Shown one piece after another: positions 10,590-21,313 of a stretch of DNA of 64,000 nt. A program made the position numbers and the translations under genes. The notes beneath the pieces are model-generated. The model saw only the letters and a program-made list of their open reading frames with translations. It was not told the origin of the DNA and searched no databases. Numbering within the stretch: the first letter of the stretch is position 1; each line of letters starts with the position of its first letter. The DNA is taken from the NCBI GenBank assembly GCA_963706955.1, contig CAVPOC010000008.1, forward strand, positions 448,001 to 512,000, read 5' to 3'. The stretch is from an uncultured Verrucomicrobiae bacterium (lineage in GTDB: Bacteria; Verrucomicrobiota; Verrucomicrobiia; Chthoniobacterales; Terrimicrobiaceae).

Positions 10590-10956
10590 TCTCCCTGAAA
10601 ACGTTGTGACGGCCACGCTGTTGCATGCGATTTGAACCGCCTCCCTACGCGATGGACCTCAGCTACATCCCGGGAGCGAGGGGTTTCCTACTGCATCAAT
10701 CAAGAAAGAACTCGAAGAATTGGGAAACAGAATGATCGAACCGGAACTTCTCCAGGACGTGCTTGTCCAGGTGGGAAGCGCCTTTGAGGTCCTTACGAAC
10801 ATCGCCCGTGATTACGAAGTCGATGTGATTGTTCTGACAACCCATGGCAAGATCGGTCTTAAGCGCGTGTTCGTGGGGAGCACTGTCGAACGCGTCGTGC
10901 GGCACGCGCCTTGCCCGGTCTTGGTCGTGCGGAAGCACGAGCAAGAGTTCGTTTAG
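10590..10956 (+). pseudogene. Universal stress protein (USP), 5' part disrupted
   Basis: USP C-terminal signature DVIVLTTHGKIGLKRVFVGSTVERVVRHAPCPVLVVR; the upstream LLHAI/EPPPYAMD pieces lie in other frames; left boundary approximate. Confidence 0.75.
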
Positions 10957-11023
10957 AATAAATCGCGTAGCGGCCAGGGCGAAAGTTACGGCGCAATCTA
11001 ACGAAAAACAGATCTTTGCGAGC

Positions 11024-11839
11024 TCAAGGCCGTTTGCGTTCTGCCAGCAGTTGCAGGGTCTCCTTAATGGCACTGGCATCGACGGCGAGCGCCAGAGGAA
11101 ACCGCTCGCGACGTGCTGTCGAGAGACGTTCGACTACCATTCCGACGACTTGAGGTTTCCCGTGCTTGGAGAGCCGAAAGACAGGCCCGCCACTGTCTCC
11201 AGGATAGACATCTCCATTAATCAGGAAACTGCGCAGTCCAAAGAGACTTTGGTCGAGGGAAGCAACATTGCCCGAGCGGAGGACTGGAAACATCCCCAAG
11301 GATGTGCTCTGCCCCTCAGGAAATCCGACGAAGGCGACCTCCTCGCCCGCCCGCGGATCTTCACCGCTGTCGAGATTCTTCTCCTCCAGGAGGGTTAAGA
11401 GAAGCGGCACCTGCATGCCGACCGGAAATCGCACCCTGAAGGCAGCCACGTCCAACCGGGGATGCTTGACATAGAATGGAACTCCCTTCCGCCTTGGGAC
11501 TACTTCCAGAAGAGCCACGGAGAGATTTCCCGCCGCATCGAATCCTCGCAGCGGCATGTAAATCGCGCCTCGGCCGGCCGAACTGACCAAATGGGTGGAG
11601 GTGACCATAACCGGCACCACACCACCTCGCGCCCGCTTATCCTTCATGGCTACGAGGAAACCGGTGCCGAATGCCCTTCGCGAAGCCAAAGGATAGGTCG
11701 AGAGGATCATCGTCTCAGTAGGATTGAGACCACTCTTTCCCAGTGTGGTGCAGCCGATATCCGAAAGGGCTGCGACTAATAAGACCGCCATGACCGCTGT
11801 CCGAGCCGGTCGGCGACAGCGTTGTATCTGGAAACTCAT
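11024..11839 (-). CDS. Trypsin-like (S1) serine protease, probably exported or a lipoprotein
   Basis: GTGFLV, TSTH, DVAAF and GDSGGP catalytic-triad motifs; hydrophobic stretch ending in GC; start uncertain. Confidence 0.85.
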   Translation of the reverse strand: MSFQIQRCRRPARTAVMAVLLVAALSDIGCTTLGKSGLNPTETMILSTYPLASRRAFGTGFLVAMKDKRARGGVVPVMVTSTHLVSSAGRGAIYMPLRGFDAAGNLSVALLEVVPRRKGVPFYVKHPRLDVAAFRVRFPVGMQVPLLLTLLEEKNLDSGEDPRAGEEVAFVGFPEGQSTSLGMFPVLRSGNVASLDQSLFGLRSFLINGDVYPGDSGGPVFRLSKHGKPQVVGMVVERLSTARRERFPLALAVDASAIKETLQLLAERKRP

Positions 11840-11915
11840 TTTGTCCTTTCCCCGTCTTTCACTCCCGCCGGAGAATCTCTCCACTGCCGGAAGGCCCTCC
11901 TGAAATCGATAGTGT

Positions 11916-12419
11916 TCAAGATTCCCTCCGCCATTCGACCCGTGCGAAATATCCCTCCTTATCGTAGCGAATCTCAAGTTCGCCCTTGTAGGCATCGCGA
12001 AGTGCTTCAGCGATGCGGTGAGGAAGATGAATGTCGGTGGTCGTAATGACGATCGAATCCGAACGCTGGTCGATTCTCATGATTCGGTTGAGGGGGTGGT
12101 CCTGCTTCTCTTGAGACTCGTTATTTCGAATCAGAGAAAGGAGATCGTTCCTGTGGCCGGCAACGAAGCCTCCACTCAACGTAATGATCCCAGCCGGATA
12201 CTGATCGCGGATCCGGCGACACGCCTGACAGATGTGACGATGAGCGCCGTCTGCTTGTGACGTCATCCACCGCCAACGCCCGTCCTGATACATCGCTCCA
12301 CAGACCGGGCATACCGTGGGTTCGGGTAGTTTGGAGGGACTTTGGTAAGGGTCGTGAACATGTTCGTGTATTAGCCGGTCTTTTCGTGTCGTCCCAGCGC
12401 TATTGGGTCTTTGAGGCAT
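11916..12419 (-). CDS. BCAM0308-family protein
   Basis: HDPY...CPVCGA...GRW...CQACRRIRD.YPAG, HPLNRIM and TTTDIHLPHRI motifs. Confidence 0.8.
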   Translation of the reverse strand: MPQRPNSAGTTRKDRLIHEHVHDPYQSPSKLPEPTVCPVCGAMYQDGRWRWMTSQADGAHRHICQACRRIRDQYPAGIITLSGGFVAGHRNDLLSLIRNNESQEKQDHPLNRIMRIDQRSDSIVITTTDIHLPHRIAEALRDAYKGELEIRYDKEGYFARVEWRRES

Positions 12420-12593
12420 TGCAAGGTGACCTTGAAAGGCGAGGCAGCTCTATTCCATCAACTGGTTCGCTCTCAGGTTAACTCGAAGGATGTGTGGCGC
12501 TCGCCACAAAGTCAATCAGCTCGCGCATTTTATCCGTAGCGGTGCTGGTTTTGGGCGGCCAGCAGGGAAAAACTGGCATCTTTCTTCGTCTTT

Positions 12594-14025
12594 TTAACCC
12601 TTAACGCAGACCAGTGGCTCGACGCGGGCGACCAACTTTGCCAGACGCGCCTCGACGGCACTCTCGACGACGAGCGTCACGTCCTTGTACGCTCCGGGCG
12701 CCTCCTCTGCGATTTCACGCATCGACTTGCATCGGACGAGAATGCCCCGGCTGGCGAGCTCGTTGACTATCTGGCGCCCTTGCCACTTGCGTGCGGCCTC
12801 ATGCCGGCTCATGGCCCGACCTGCGCCGTGAATAGCCGAGCTGAAGGCGTCGCCTTCGCTCGGTTTGCTGCCGGCCAGAATAAACGACGAGGTGCCCATG
12901 CTGCCGCCAATCAATACCGGTTGGCCGACGTTCTGAAACTCAGCAGGCAACTGGGGATGGGCAGGGCCGAAAGCGCGTGTCGCGCCTTTTCTGTGAACGT
13001 AAAGGTCCACGAACCTGCTGCCGAGCGTGTGCCGCTCCGTCTTGCAGGTATTATGCGAGACGTCGTAGAGCAGCTTGAGTTCGGCTTCAGGAAATAACCG
13101 CCGGAAGACCTGTCGTGCGAGATGAGCTATCATCTGCCGATTCGCCAGAGCGCAGTTGATGCCGGCTCTCATAGCCCCCAAATACCTTTCAGCAAGCTCT
13201 GAATGAATGGGGGCTGAGGCCAATTCACGATCAGGAAATGTCCTGCCGAGTCGGTCCGCCTCAGCATTCATCTCGCGCAGGTAGTCGGTTCCGATTTGGT
13301 GACCGAGCCCGCGGGATCCACAGTGAATCGTAACGACCACCTCGTCCTCGTGAAGGCCAAAGACGGCGGCAATATCGTGATCAAAGATCTCCACGATTTT
13401 TTGGACTTCGAGATAATGGTTGCCCGAACCCAATGTTCCCATCTGGTCGCGTTGGCGGCGCTTGGCTTCGCTCGAGACGTGTTTGGGAGCAGCCCCTTGA
13501 ATGCATCCGCCCTCCTCGATTCGGTTCAGGTCCGCCGGAGTTCCATATCCCCGATCCACCGCCCATTTCGCTCCGCCAAGGAGCATGGCGTCGATGCCAT
13601 CCGCCTCCATTCGGATCGATCCGCCCCCGCCAAGCCCCGCTGGGATTTCGCGCGCCAGCGCATCGGCGACCCTTTGCAGCGTCCGCTGGATAGTCTCGCC
13701 GTTTAGACCTGTCAGCAACGTGCGCACTCCGCATGAAATATCGAAGCCGACACCGCCCGCGGAAACGACTCCGCCGTTATCCGCATCGAAAGCCGCTACA
13801 CCACCAACTGGAAACCCGTAGCCTGAATGAGCATCCGGCATCACAAAGACGCTTTGCTGGATGCCCGGCAATGCAGCTACGTTTGACGCTTGCACCCACA
13901 CCCTTTCATCCATTCGAGACACGAGAACTTCGCTGCCAAAAATCACGACAGGCACCCGCATCGCGCCCGTCGGTTCGATGACCCAGCTCCATTCAGTTCG
14001 TCGCGTTAGTCTTGAGAGTTATCAT
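12594..14025 (-). CDS. rtcB: RtcB-family RNA ligase; one extra base just after the probable ATG
   Basis: MPDAHSGYGFP, DISCG, GTLGSGNHY, HCGSRG, YDVSHN, HRKGATR, HGAGR and EEAPGAYK; the frame is open from about 14017, while ATG 14025 is one base out of frame. Confidence 0.93.
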
Positions 14026-14109
14026 CTCAAGAGCGCCATGAGCGCCTTCAAACCCAACTCCTGTCTATAGTGCCAAAATCGACGCGGAGCGACTTTTCAC
14101 AAGCGAGAT

Positions 14110-14628
14110 TCAATCACCATCAGAATCGTGGCGCGCGCGGCCAAGGCGCCCGAGCTGCGCCGGTGCGATAGTTCCAGCCCGCTCCAGGCGAGTGGCCACT
14201 TCCGTGCAATAGCGAGTCCAAGGAAGCACCCTGAGACGGCCTGCGGGGATCGGCTTGCCGGTTTGCTCGCAGATCCCGTATTTTCCCCTCAGAATGCGGT
14301 TCATGGCTGCTTCCACCTCATAGAGCGCATCCTGGTCAACGGAGAGCCGGCTGAGCGCGAGCTCATGGTCAAACTCGTCCGTGGCAGAATCGGCCTGACT
14401 CATATTGTGAATTTCCAATGGCTGAGCGACTTCGTTCAGTCGTTCCTTCCGCTCTGCGAGCAACCGTTCGCGAAGCGACGAAAGCTTTTCATAGTGCCAG
14501 ACCCAGCGCTTGGGAATCTCGGCATCTTGCTTTCCGACCGGAAGTGACTTTGCCGCTGACCTGCGTCGAGTCTTGCGGGCGGCTCTCCGTTTCCCCCGCC
14601 GATCCGCTTTAATCCTTCGAGCCTTCAC
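14110..14628 (-). CDS. TraR/DksA-family transcription factor
   Basis: Coiled coil with QADSATDEFD; EVEAAMNRI..GKYGICE.TGKPIP.GRL..LPWTRYC. Confidence 0.85.
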   Translation of the reverse strand: MKARRIKADRRGKRRAARKTRRRSAAKSLPVGKQDAEIPKRWVWHYEKLSSLRERLLAERKERLNEVAQPLEIHNMSQADSATDEFDHELALSRLSVDQDALYEVEAAMNRILRGKYGICEQTGKPIPAGRLRVLPWTRYCTEVATRLERAGTIAPAQLGRLGRARHDSDGD

Positions 14629-14639
14629 GGCAATCGCAC

Positions 14640-14804
14640 TCAGCTCTTTCTGGCCGTCTTGGCAAAGAAGGGCTCAATGATCTTCTCCAAATCGTTGCTT
14701 TGACATTTCGGACACAAAACTTTCCTGGTCTCATGTTCCTTCATGGTCATGACCTCGGAAATTTTCTCTCCGCATTTGCGACAGGAATATTCGTAAACGG
14801 GCAT
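14640..14804 (-). CDS. FmdB-family zinc-ribbon protein (54 aa, too short for the ORF track)
   Basis: Manual translation MPVYEYSCRKCGEK...LCPKCQSNDLEKIIEPFFAKTARKS. Confidence 0.85.
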   Translation of the reverse strand: MPVYEYSCRKCGEKISEVMTMKEHETRKVLCPKCQSNDLEKIIEPFFAKTARKS

Positions 14805-15057
14805 ACTTCTTCCAGGTTAAGGTGAGTTCTCTGCCAAAGATACCACGATGTGCGGCTCTTTCCATCCTTTGGCGGAGCCCTCGTGCTCGAAAGCTGATTA
14901 GACGCGGCCCTCGACCGTGGGGACATGGTCGCTAAAACTCCCTCGGCGATGAGGACATCGCCGCTCCAATTTTATCATGCGGCCGCGTCTGAAGGTGCGC
15001 GAATGCGGCTAACTGGAAGCAACCACGACCACCGGAGCGGCGGCGGGACAGCACTCT

Positions 15058-16638
15058 TTAGGCGTTCGGTTGACTTCTTTGCTGCAATGTTGCGAGCAAT
15101 GCGGTTAACGACGGGTCTTTCCCGGTTTCAGCGACCATCGCCAAGCCAGCCATCTGCTCGTCAGTGAGATCGGGCGACGTGATGTTACCGAAGCTGGAAG
15201 CCGCGGCCAGAATCTCTTGGGCCGCATCTGGGGACCGCCCGTGTCCGTCGAGTCTAAACTGCGAAGATGCCAAAGGGCCAAAGAGCAGAGCCTTGGAAAG
15301 GTCTGGATGTTCATCTAGTGCGGGAGAAACACCGGCTTCATCCGACAGCATGATGGCCATCTCGTGGAACAGTGTCTCATCGTGAATCTTTTTCCATTCC
15401 TGAAATTCTCGAATCCCCTTCATCATTCTTTCGCCGGTTGGCAACGGCCTGATTCCACCCCACACCATAGCGACCCACCGCGCCTGAAGTTCCAGCACCG
15501 GAAAGTATGGCCCAATTTGCACATAGAGACCGACAAAAGCCAGATTGGGGAAGCGCGGATGAAACGTATGGCGGTACAAGTCAATGTGCTTGCCATCTGC
15601 ATTGATGATCTGCCGAATATCCTGCGCCAAGAATGGCAAGTTCAAGTCGTATCCCGTCGCGAAAACAATCGCGCCAATCCTCTCACTGGTTCCGTCCTCA
15701 AAAACAGCAGTTTCCTCGGTTAGTTCCAGCACTCTTGTTTTCGGAAGGATTCTGCCTTCCGCCACCTGGGCCAGGTAGGACTGACTCATCGCGATGTTTG
15801 CCTCGAAGATGTTGTCTGCAGGTTTCAGACCGCCATACTGTTCAGGACTGCCGCAGTGCTTGACGATGATTTCCTTGAGTCCTTTCGCCACCTTTTCCGC
15901 CGGAAGGACGCGATTAAGCATCACGCCAAAGCGGGTAAAGTGCGCGCAATCTGACGGCACGCCGGCAAATATTTTGGTCATTATGTAGCGGGGCTTGCGG
16001 CAAGAGGAAATCACCCTGACTGTCGGATCCGTCGCCAGTTCACTGGCGACTTCCAATCCGCTAATGCTGTTGCCGATCACCAGCACTCGCCTGTCGCGGA
16101 ATCTCTCGTTGTCGCGATAGTCGAAGGTGTGCGAGATCGGGCCTTTGAATCTCTCGGTGCCTTTGAGGCGGGGAATCCGCGGTTTATTAAAACGTCCCGA
16201 AGCGACTAGAACGTATGAGAAGACTTCGGCCTCGCGGCGTTCTCCCTGCGAGGTCGACTCGACAAGCCAGCCTCCATCATCGACGCGCGATACCCTTTCG
16301 ACCCTGCTATGGAGCCTGATACGTTTATTTAGATCGAAATGCTTGGCGTACTTCAGCAGGTAAGCATGAGCTTGTTGATTGGTAAGGAACATCGGCAAAT
16401 CCTCCTCAAGAGGAAGGCCCGAAAAGCACATTGTAACTTTGCTGGTATTGGCCCGCATGGTTGGCCACACCCCGCTGTGCGCTGCCGGGGCATTCCACTG
16501 TCCGCCGATGTTCGAGCTTTGTTCAAAGACGGTCGGTTGAAGACCTTCTTCAAGCAGCGATTTGGCCGCCACAAGTCCGGCAGGACCACCGCCAATGACG
16601 GCGACTCGCCGGTGGCTTTCTCTCTGTTGCATATTCAT
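15058..16638 (-). CDS. Flavin-containing monooxygenase (FMO-like)
   Basis: VIGGGPAG FAD motif, FKGPISHTFDY FMO-like motif, VIGNSISG, FATGY and ELQARW. Confidence 0.9.
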   Translation of the reverse strand: MNMQQRESHRRVAVIGGGPAGLVAAKSLLEEGLQPTVFEQSSNIGGQWNAPAAHSGVWPTMRANTSKVTMCFSGLPLEEDLPMFLTNQQAHAYLLKYAKHFDLNKRIRLHSRVERVSRVDDGGWLVESTSQGERREAEVFSYVLVASGRFNKPRIPRLKGTERFKGPISHTFDYRDNERFRDRRVLVIGNSISGLEVASELATDPTVRVISSCRKPRYIMTKIFAGVPSDCAHFTRFGVMLNRVLPAEKVAKGLKEIIVKHCGSPEQYGGLKPADNIFEANIAMSQSYLAQVAEGRILPKTRVLELTEETAVFEDGTSERIGAIVFATGYDLNLPFLAQDIRQIINADGKHIDLYRHTFHPRFPNLAFVGLYVQIGPYFPVLELQARWVAMVWGGIRPLPTGERMMKGIREFQEWKKIHDETLFHEMAIMLSDEAGVSPALDEHPDLSKALLFGPLASSQFRLDGHGRSPDAAQEILAAASSFGNITSPDLTDEQMAGLAMVAETGKDPSLTALLATLQQRSQPNA

Positions 16639-16888
16639 TGTAAGTAGCAATTTTCACTTGGCCTGCAGGCCCGACAACAAAACCCCAGCTGCAGGATCGT
16701 TTCGATCATGCGTGCAGCTTCCTTCAACTGACAACTTGTTCGTCATCCTCGCCTAACCGCCTCCCGTTTTGGCTTCAAGTCCGGATTCGCAATGGCGGGG
16801 GGCCCATTTCGGCATAGTTTGTTTGGGAACACCTGCTGCGAGAGAGGATTCGCCCAACCCAGGGGATCGAACAACCTGCTGAAGGACA

Positions 16889-17336
16889 ATGATGAAGAAA
16901 AAACTGCTCGGAGCAATGCTTTCGGCGTTCTGCCTTAGCCTGGTCGTCGCATGCAAACCTCAGGAGCCGCCAAAGCCCGACATCAGCGCGGAAACTGCTG
17001 AGGTGGAAGGAAAAATTCAGAAATTCAAAGCCACGCCCAACCGAGAGAACATGGAAGAAGCAGACCGGGCCCTTGCGGATATGAATGCGAAGATCAAGGA
17101 ATTGGAAGCCCGCGAGCCTCAGGTAGGCGGCGCCGAAAAGGACAAGAGCCGTCGGCAAGTTGTCAGCCATGCGCACTCAGTCCAACCTCTACACGCTCGA
17201 GATCGCATCCGTGAAGGCGCAGGCGGTCACCGGCCGCGCTTTGGAAAAAGCAGGAGACGCTGTTAAGAAAGCCGGAGATGCGATGAAAGACGCCGCTGAT
17301 GCGGTAAGCGACTCCTTCAATTCCAGAAACAACTGA
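16889..17336 (+). CDS. Coiled-coil lipoprotein, frameshifted near 17147
   Basis: Lipobox LVVAC; removing one base gives ...AVGKLSAMRTQ...KAGDAVKKAGDAMKDAADAVSDSFNSRNN. Confidence 0.7.
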
Positions 17337-17460
17337 GCCCTCGATTGTCGCCAACCTCAAGAGTCCGCTTCCGCCTTGAACTGGCCGGTAGAGACGTTTG
17401 GTGTCCGCACACCTGATGTGCTACTATGGCATGTTGCCAGTCTAGACCTGCTCCGCCGTA

Positions 17461-18702
17461 ATGAATTCGCCACTTCCTGCAAATCCGGTCGCGCGATGGT
17501 TGTTGATCCTGGTTCTGGCCGCGGGCGTTTATTTCTTCCATGGGTTCCTCGTTCCAGTGCTGGCAGCGCTGACGATTGGATTCGCAAGCTGGCCTCTTTA
17601 CAGGAGGCTGGTGCAGGCATGCGACGGGCATACGCCCCTTGCGGCCAGCATCGCTTTGATCATTGTCTTGCTCGTCCTTGTCATCCCGCTGGCCTTGGCC
17701 TTCTGGTACGCCACCAACGAGATTAGCACCTGGGTGGCTTGGCTAGTCGAGGCAAACCGGAACGGAGTTCCCGTCCCGGAGTCGATCATCACCATGCCCT
17801 TTTTCGGACAATGGCTGGCAGAAAGCTGGCAGAGGTATTTGGGCGAACCGCGCGCTCTCGGCGAAATTATTCAGATCCTGAGTGGCGAACATGTTGGAAA
17901 CATCTCGCGCTGGGTTCTGGCTACCGGTCGGGAGGCATTCAACCTTTTGCTCTCGGTGTTGTTCATTATGATCACCCTCTTCTTCGTTTACAAGGACGGG
18001 GCGGTGATGGTCGAGCAACTCGACCGTGTCGGCGAACGTATCTTGCCGCGCCGCTGGGAGCGATTCTCGCGAGTCGTTCCGGCGACAATCAGCTCGACCG
18101 TTACTGGAATGACGCTGATTGCCATCGGCGAAGGAATTGTTCTCGGCCTCGCATACAAGATCGCCGGGGTCCCCTCTTCGTTCTTGCTGGGAGTGCTTAC
18201 CGGATTTATGGCCATGGTTCCCGGCGGAGCACCGCTCTCCGTTACCCTCGTCTCGCTCTATTTGCTGGCCAGTGGCAGGCCGATTGCCGCGGTCGCTCTA
18301 TTTGCGTGGGGAGCGATTGAGCTTTTTGTCGTGGACAAGACGCTTCGCCCTAAGTTGGTTGGCGGCCCGATTCGTCTCCCGTTCCTTCCGACGTTGTTTG
18401 GCCTTATCGGCGGGGTCAAGACCATGGGAATGGTGGGCCTGTTCGTCGGCCCTGTGCTGATGGCCTTACTTGTCGCCATCTGGCGTGAATGGGTGCTGAC
18501 AACTGACGCCGAAGTTGTCGACGAAGCCATGCGAGAAAACTCCGAAGGCGAAATGGCCATCACGCCCGCTCCGATCGGCCCTCCGGCAGCGGCCGTCTGG
18601 AGTTCCGCGGAGCCGCGCGAGATGCCCGGGCCGCCGCGCATGGCCGAAACACATCAGCGGCGCTCCGACGAGGTTATCTCGAGCTCGCATCCCTCCATTT
18701 AA
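17461..18702 (+). CDS. AI-2E family transporter
   Basis: Multiple TM helices; FFVYKDG, DKTLRPKLVGG and GLFVGPVLMALL motifs. Confidence 0.88.
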   Translation: MNSPLPANPVARWLLILVLAAGVYFFHGFLVPVLAALTIGFASWPLYRRLVQACDGHTPLAASIALIIVLLVLVIPLALAFWYATNEISTWVAWLVEANRNGVPVPESIITMPFFGQWLAESWQRYLGEPRALGEIIQILSGEHVGNISRWVLATGREAFNLLLSVLFIMITLFFVYKDGAVMVEQLDRVGERILPRRWERFSRVVPATISSTVTGMTLIAIGEGIVLGLAYKIAGVPSSFLLGVLTGFMAMVPGGAPLSVTLVSLYLLASGRPIAAVALFAWGAIELFVVDKTLRPKLVGGPIRLPFLPTLFGLIGGVKTMGMVGLFVGPVLMALLVAIWREWVLTTDAEVVDEAMRENSEGEMAITPAPIGPPAAAVWSSAEPREMPGPPRMAETHQRRSDEVISSSHPSI

Positions 18703-18841
18703 GCACTGAAGCTAAGAGCAGCTTCCCCCTCGTTTACCCGACCGGCAGCGCGGATCTAGCGAGTCGCTTGGCGCTCGGGCGAATGCAATGGCGCGCCAAA
18801 CTTCTCGCGCTCTCGTGCTCGAATCGCCAGACTCCGGCGCC

Positions 18842-20367
18842 ATGAGATTCCCCAGAGTATGGATCTGCCTGTCCGTTGTTCTCGTTGGCACTTTGCCGCC
18901 TGCTTGAGTGACGCCGCTGGCGCTGAGCCGCCTTCTGATCTGCCCCCCTTTCCACGTCCGACCGACAGCTACAACGACGAACACGTCGCGGATATTTGGC
19001 AAAGGCTTGCCGGCCGTGTGGCCGCGGAGCCGTTCAACCTCGTCGCGACAGTCATCTTTGTTCTGGCGATTTGCCACACCTTTTTGGCCTCAAGATTTCT
19101 GGCGATAGCACATCGCTACGAGCGCGCCTATGACGCGCTCGAGAACGAGGAGGAAAAGGCTGGACTGATTTCGGACGTAGCTCGCAGACGCGATGATCTC
19201 CGGTTTCGAGGCACCGTTTTCCATTTTCTTGGTGAGGTCGAGGCGGTCTTCGGAATCTGGGCGATTCCCTTGGCGATCGCGATCGTGGCCTTCAAGGGGT
19301 GGAAAACGATGGTCCACTACTTCGATGGCATCGAATACACCGAGCCAATCTTCGTTTTCGTGATCATGGCCATCGCGAGCTCCAAGCCCATCCTCCGCTT
19401 TGCGGAAAACTGCCTCTCTTTGTTCGCCGCGGCGGGGGGCAAGACCCCGGTCGCGTGGTGGTTTTCGATACTCACCGTTGGACCGCTTCTGGGTTCCTTC
19501 ATTACCGAGCCGGCCGCGATGACCATCTGCGCCCTGCTCCTCGTGGAAAGATTCTACAAGCTCCAGCCAAGCATGAACCTGCGCTATGCCACCCTTGGCC
19601 TCCTTTTCGTAAACATCTCGGTGGGCGGGACGCTCACGCACTTCGCGGCCCCCCCAGTCGTCATGGTGGCGGGCAAATGGAACTGGGGGATGGACTACAT
19701 GTTCACGGGATTTGGTTGGAAAGCCATCCTCGGTATCCTCGTCACGAATCTGCTCTATTTCGCCGTTTTCCGTTCCGAGCTAATGTCGATGCTTTCGAGC
19801 GGACGATCGGCTGAGACTAGACGGCCAATTCCGCCCTTCATCACGATCGCTCACCTTCTCGCGATCACATGGACGGTCCTTAACGCCCATCATCCAGCGC
19901 TAGTGGTCATCGGACTGCTCTTTTTCCTCGCCTTTGTCGTGGCTACTGAGCGCCATCAACACACTATCAATCTGCGCGCTCCCATGTTGGTCGGCTTTTT
20001 TCTGGCCGCATTGGTGATCCACGGGGGATGCCAACGATGGTGGATCGCGCCGGTGCTGGGCGATCTAGGCCGATGGCCGCTCATGATAGGATCTGTCATC
20101 TTGACCGCCTTCAATGACAACGCCGCCATCACCTACCTTGCGACCCTCGTTCCCGGGTTAACGGAGGAACTCAAATTCGCTGTGGTCGCTGGGGCCATTG
20201 CCGGCGGCGGCCTAACTGTCATCGCCAACGCGCCAAACCCAGCCGGCCAATCAATTCTGCAGTCGCACTTTGAAGACGGGGGCATCAGCCCATTGAAGCT
20301 CTTCCTGGGCGCACTCCTCCCCACCATCATCGTCGCCCTGGCCTTCATGCTCCTGCCATCGCTCTAG
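18842..20367 (+). CDS. Putative Na+/H+ antiporter (DUF1504-like); one T missing near 18892
   Basis: HFLGEVEAVFG, GSFITEPAAMT, NISVGGTLTHFAAPP and GGGLTVIANAPNPAG; adding one T joins a signal-like start MRFPRVWICLSVVLVGTF. Confidence 0.82.
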
Positions 20368-20388
20368 AGCGCCTGCAAAGTCATTTAC

Positions 20389-20571
20389 CACCACGGAGGA
20401 CACAGAGGGCACAGAGGAGATTTTGAATGGCGAAGATTTGCGCAAACGTTTGTGCCAGACCTGGTGTGCGGCGTTCGACGTCAGACACAAAAGCCCCGAT
20501 AACTCCGCCACTTAGAACGGATCCTAAGAAGCTGCCAACTTTTCTCTGTGTCCTCTGTGTTCTCTGTGGTG
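20389..20571. repeat. Inverted pair of 30-bp repeats with 9-nt CACAGAG periodicity
   Basis: caccacggaggacacagagggcacagagga (20389-20418) versus the reverse complement of 20542-20571, caccacagagaacacagaggacacagagaa. Confidence 0.85.
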
Positions 20572-20584
20572 AGTAACCCCCGCG

Positions 20585-21154
20585 TCATTTCCGAACATAA
20601 AAGATAAGATCGTCCCCGGCGCGCTTGCAGGTTATCTCCGCATCCAAATTGGCGTAGTCAGGAAGCTTGCGTATTTCGTCGTCGGAGAGGTCCCATCGAT
20701 CGCGCAAGAGATCGGGCGAAAAGCGGACCTGTTTGCGTGACCATTTGAACGAATTGAGGACCGCCTCTTTGATTTTCACCCACTTCTCTTCCTCCCAGAT
20801 CGAACAAAGAACACCTCCGCCAGATCCTCCCGCGGAGGCAATCGGTGGGGTGCTTGGTGCGCGCTCAGAGGGTTCGACGTGCAGCGTCTTGGTCGAAGAA
20901 TATTCTCTTTTCCTTACGTGCTCGATAAAGGCGCCGGTCGCCAGATCGATGTGGTTATGCTCGATTGTTCTATTGGAGAGAATGATGCGGCGAGCACTCT
21001 CGATCAGCGAAGCAAACTTCGGAAGACTAAGATCGATCTGCACCATCGCGTCGGTGGTGACGGTATACAAGAAAACCGGCTTATCGTCCTTGATCGCCGA
21101 TGCTTTCCAAGATCTCGATGTCGGATCATGCATAAATGAACTTCCGTTTTGCAA
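20585..21154 (-). CDS. Hypothetical protein, possibly truncated at its 5' end next to the IS
   Basis: 189-aa ORF with protein-like composition; no recognised motif; start uncertain. Confidence 0.5.
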   Translation of the reverse strand: MQNGSSFMHDPTSRSWKASAIKDDKPVFLYTVTTDAMVQIDLSLPKFASLIESARRIILSNRTIEHNHIDLATGAFIEHVRKREYSSTKTLHVEPSERAPSTPPIASAGGSGGGVLCSIWEEEKWVKIKEAVLNSFKWSRKQVRFSPDLLRDRWDLSDDEIRKLPDYANLDAEITCKRAGDDLIFYVRK

Positions 21155-21313
21155 AGCGAACTAAAGAAGTTCGGCGAGCAGATCAAAGGAAATTGCGAAA
21201 GACAAGTTAGATTCAGGTCCACCGCTCCGATGCATGGATGATACCGCCGGAATGGTTGGTGCTGGTTCAAGACATAGGTAACAGGTTGGCGCCTAGATCT
21301 GAAAGGATCTGGG

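Noticed and set aside
10550..14950. FNR/FixK box for the stress cluster
   Set aside because: No TTGAT-N4-ATCAA found by eye; the ttgaga/tctcaa palindrome near 14012-14030 does not match
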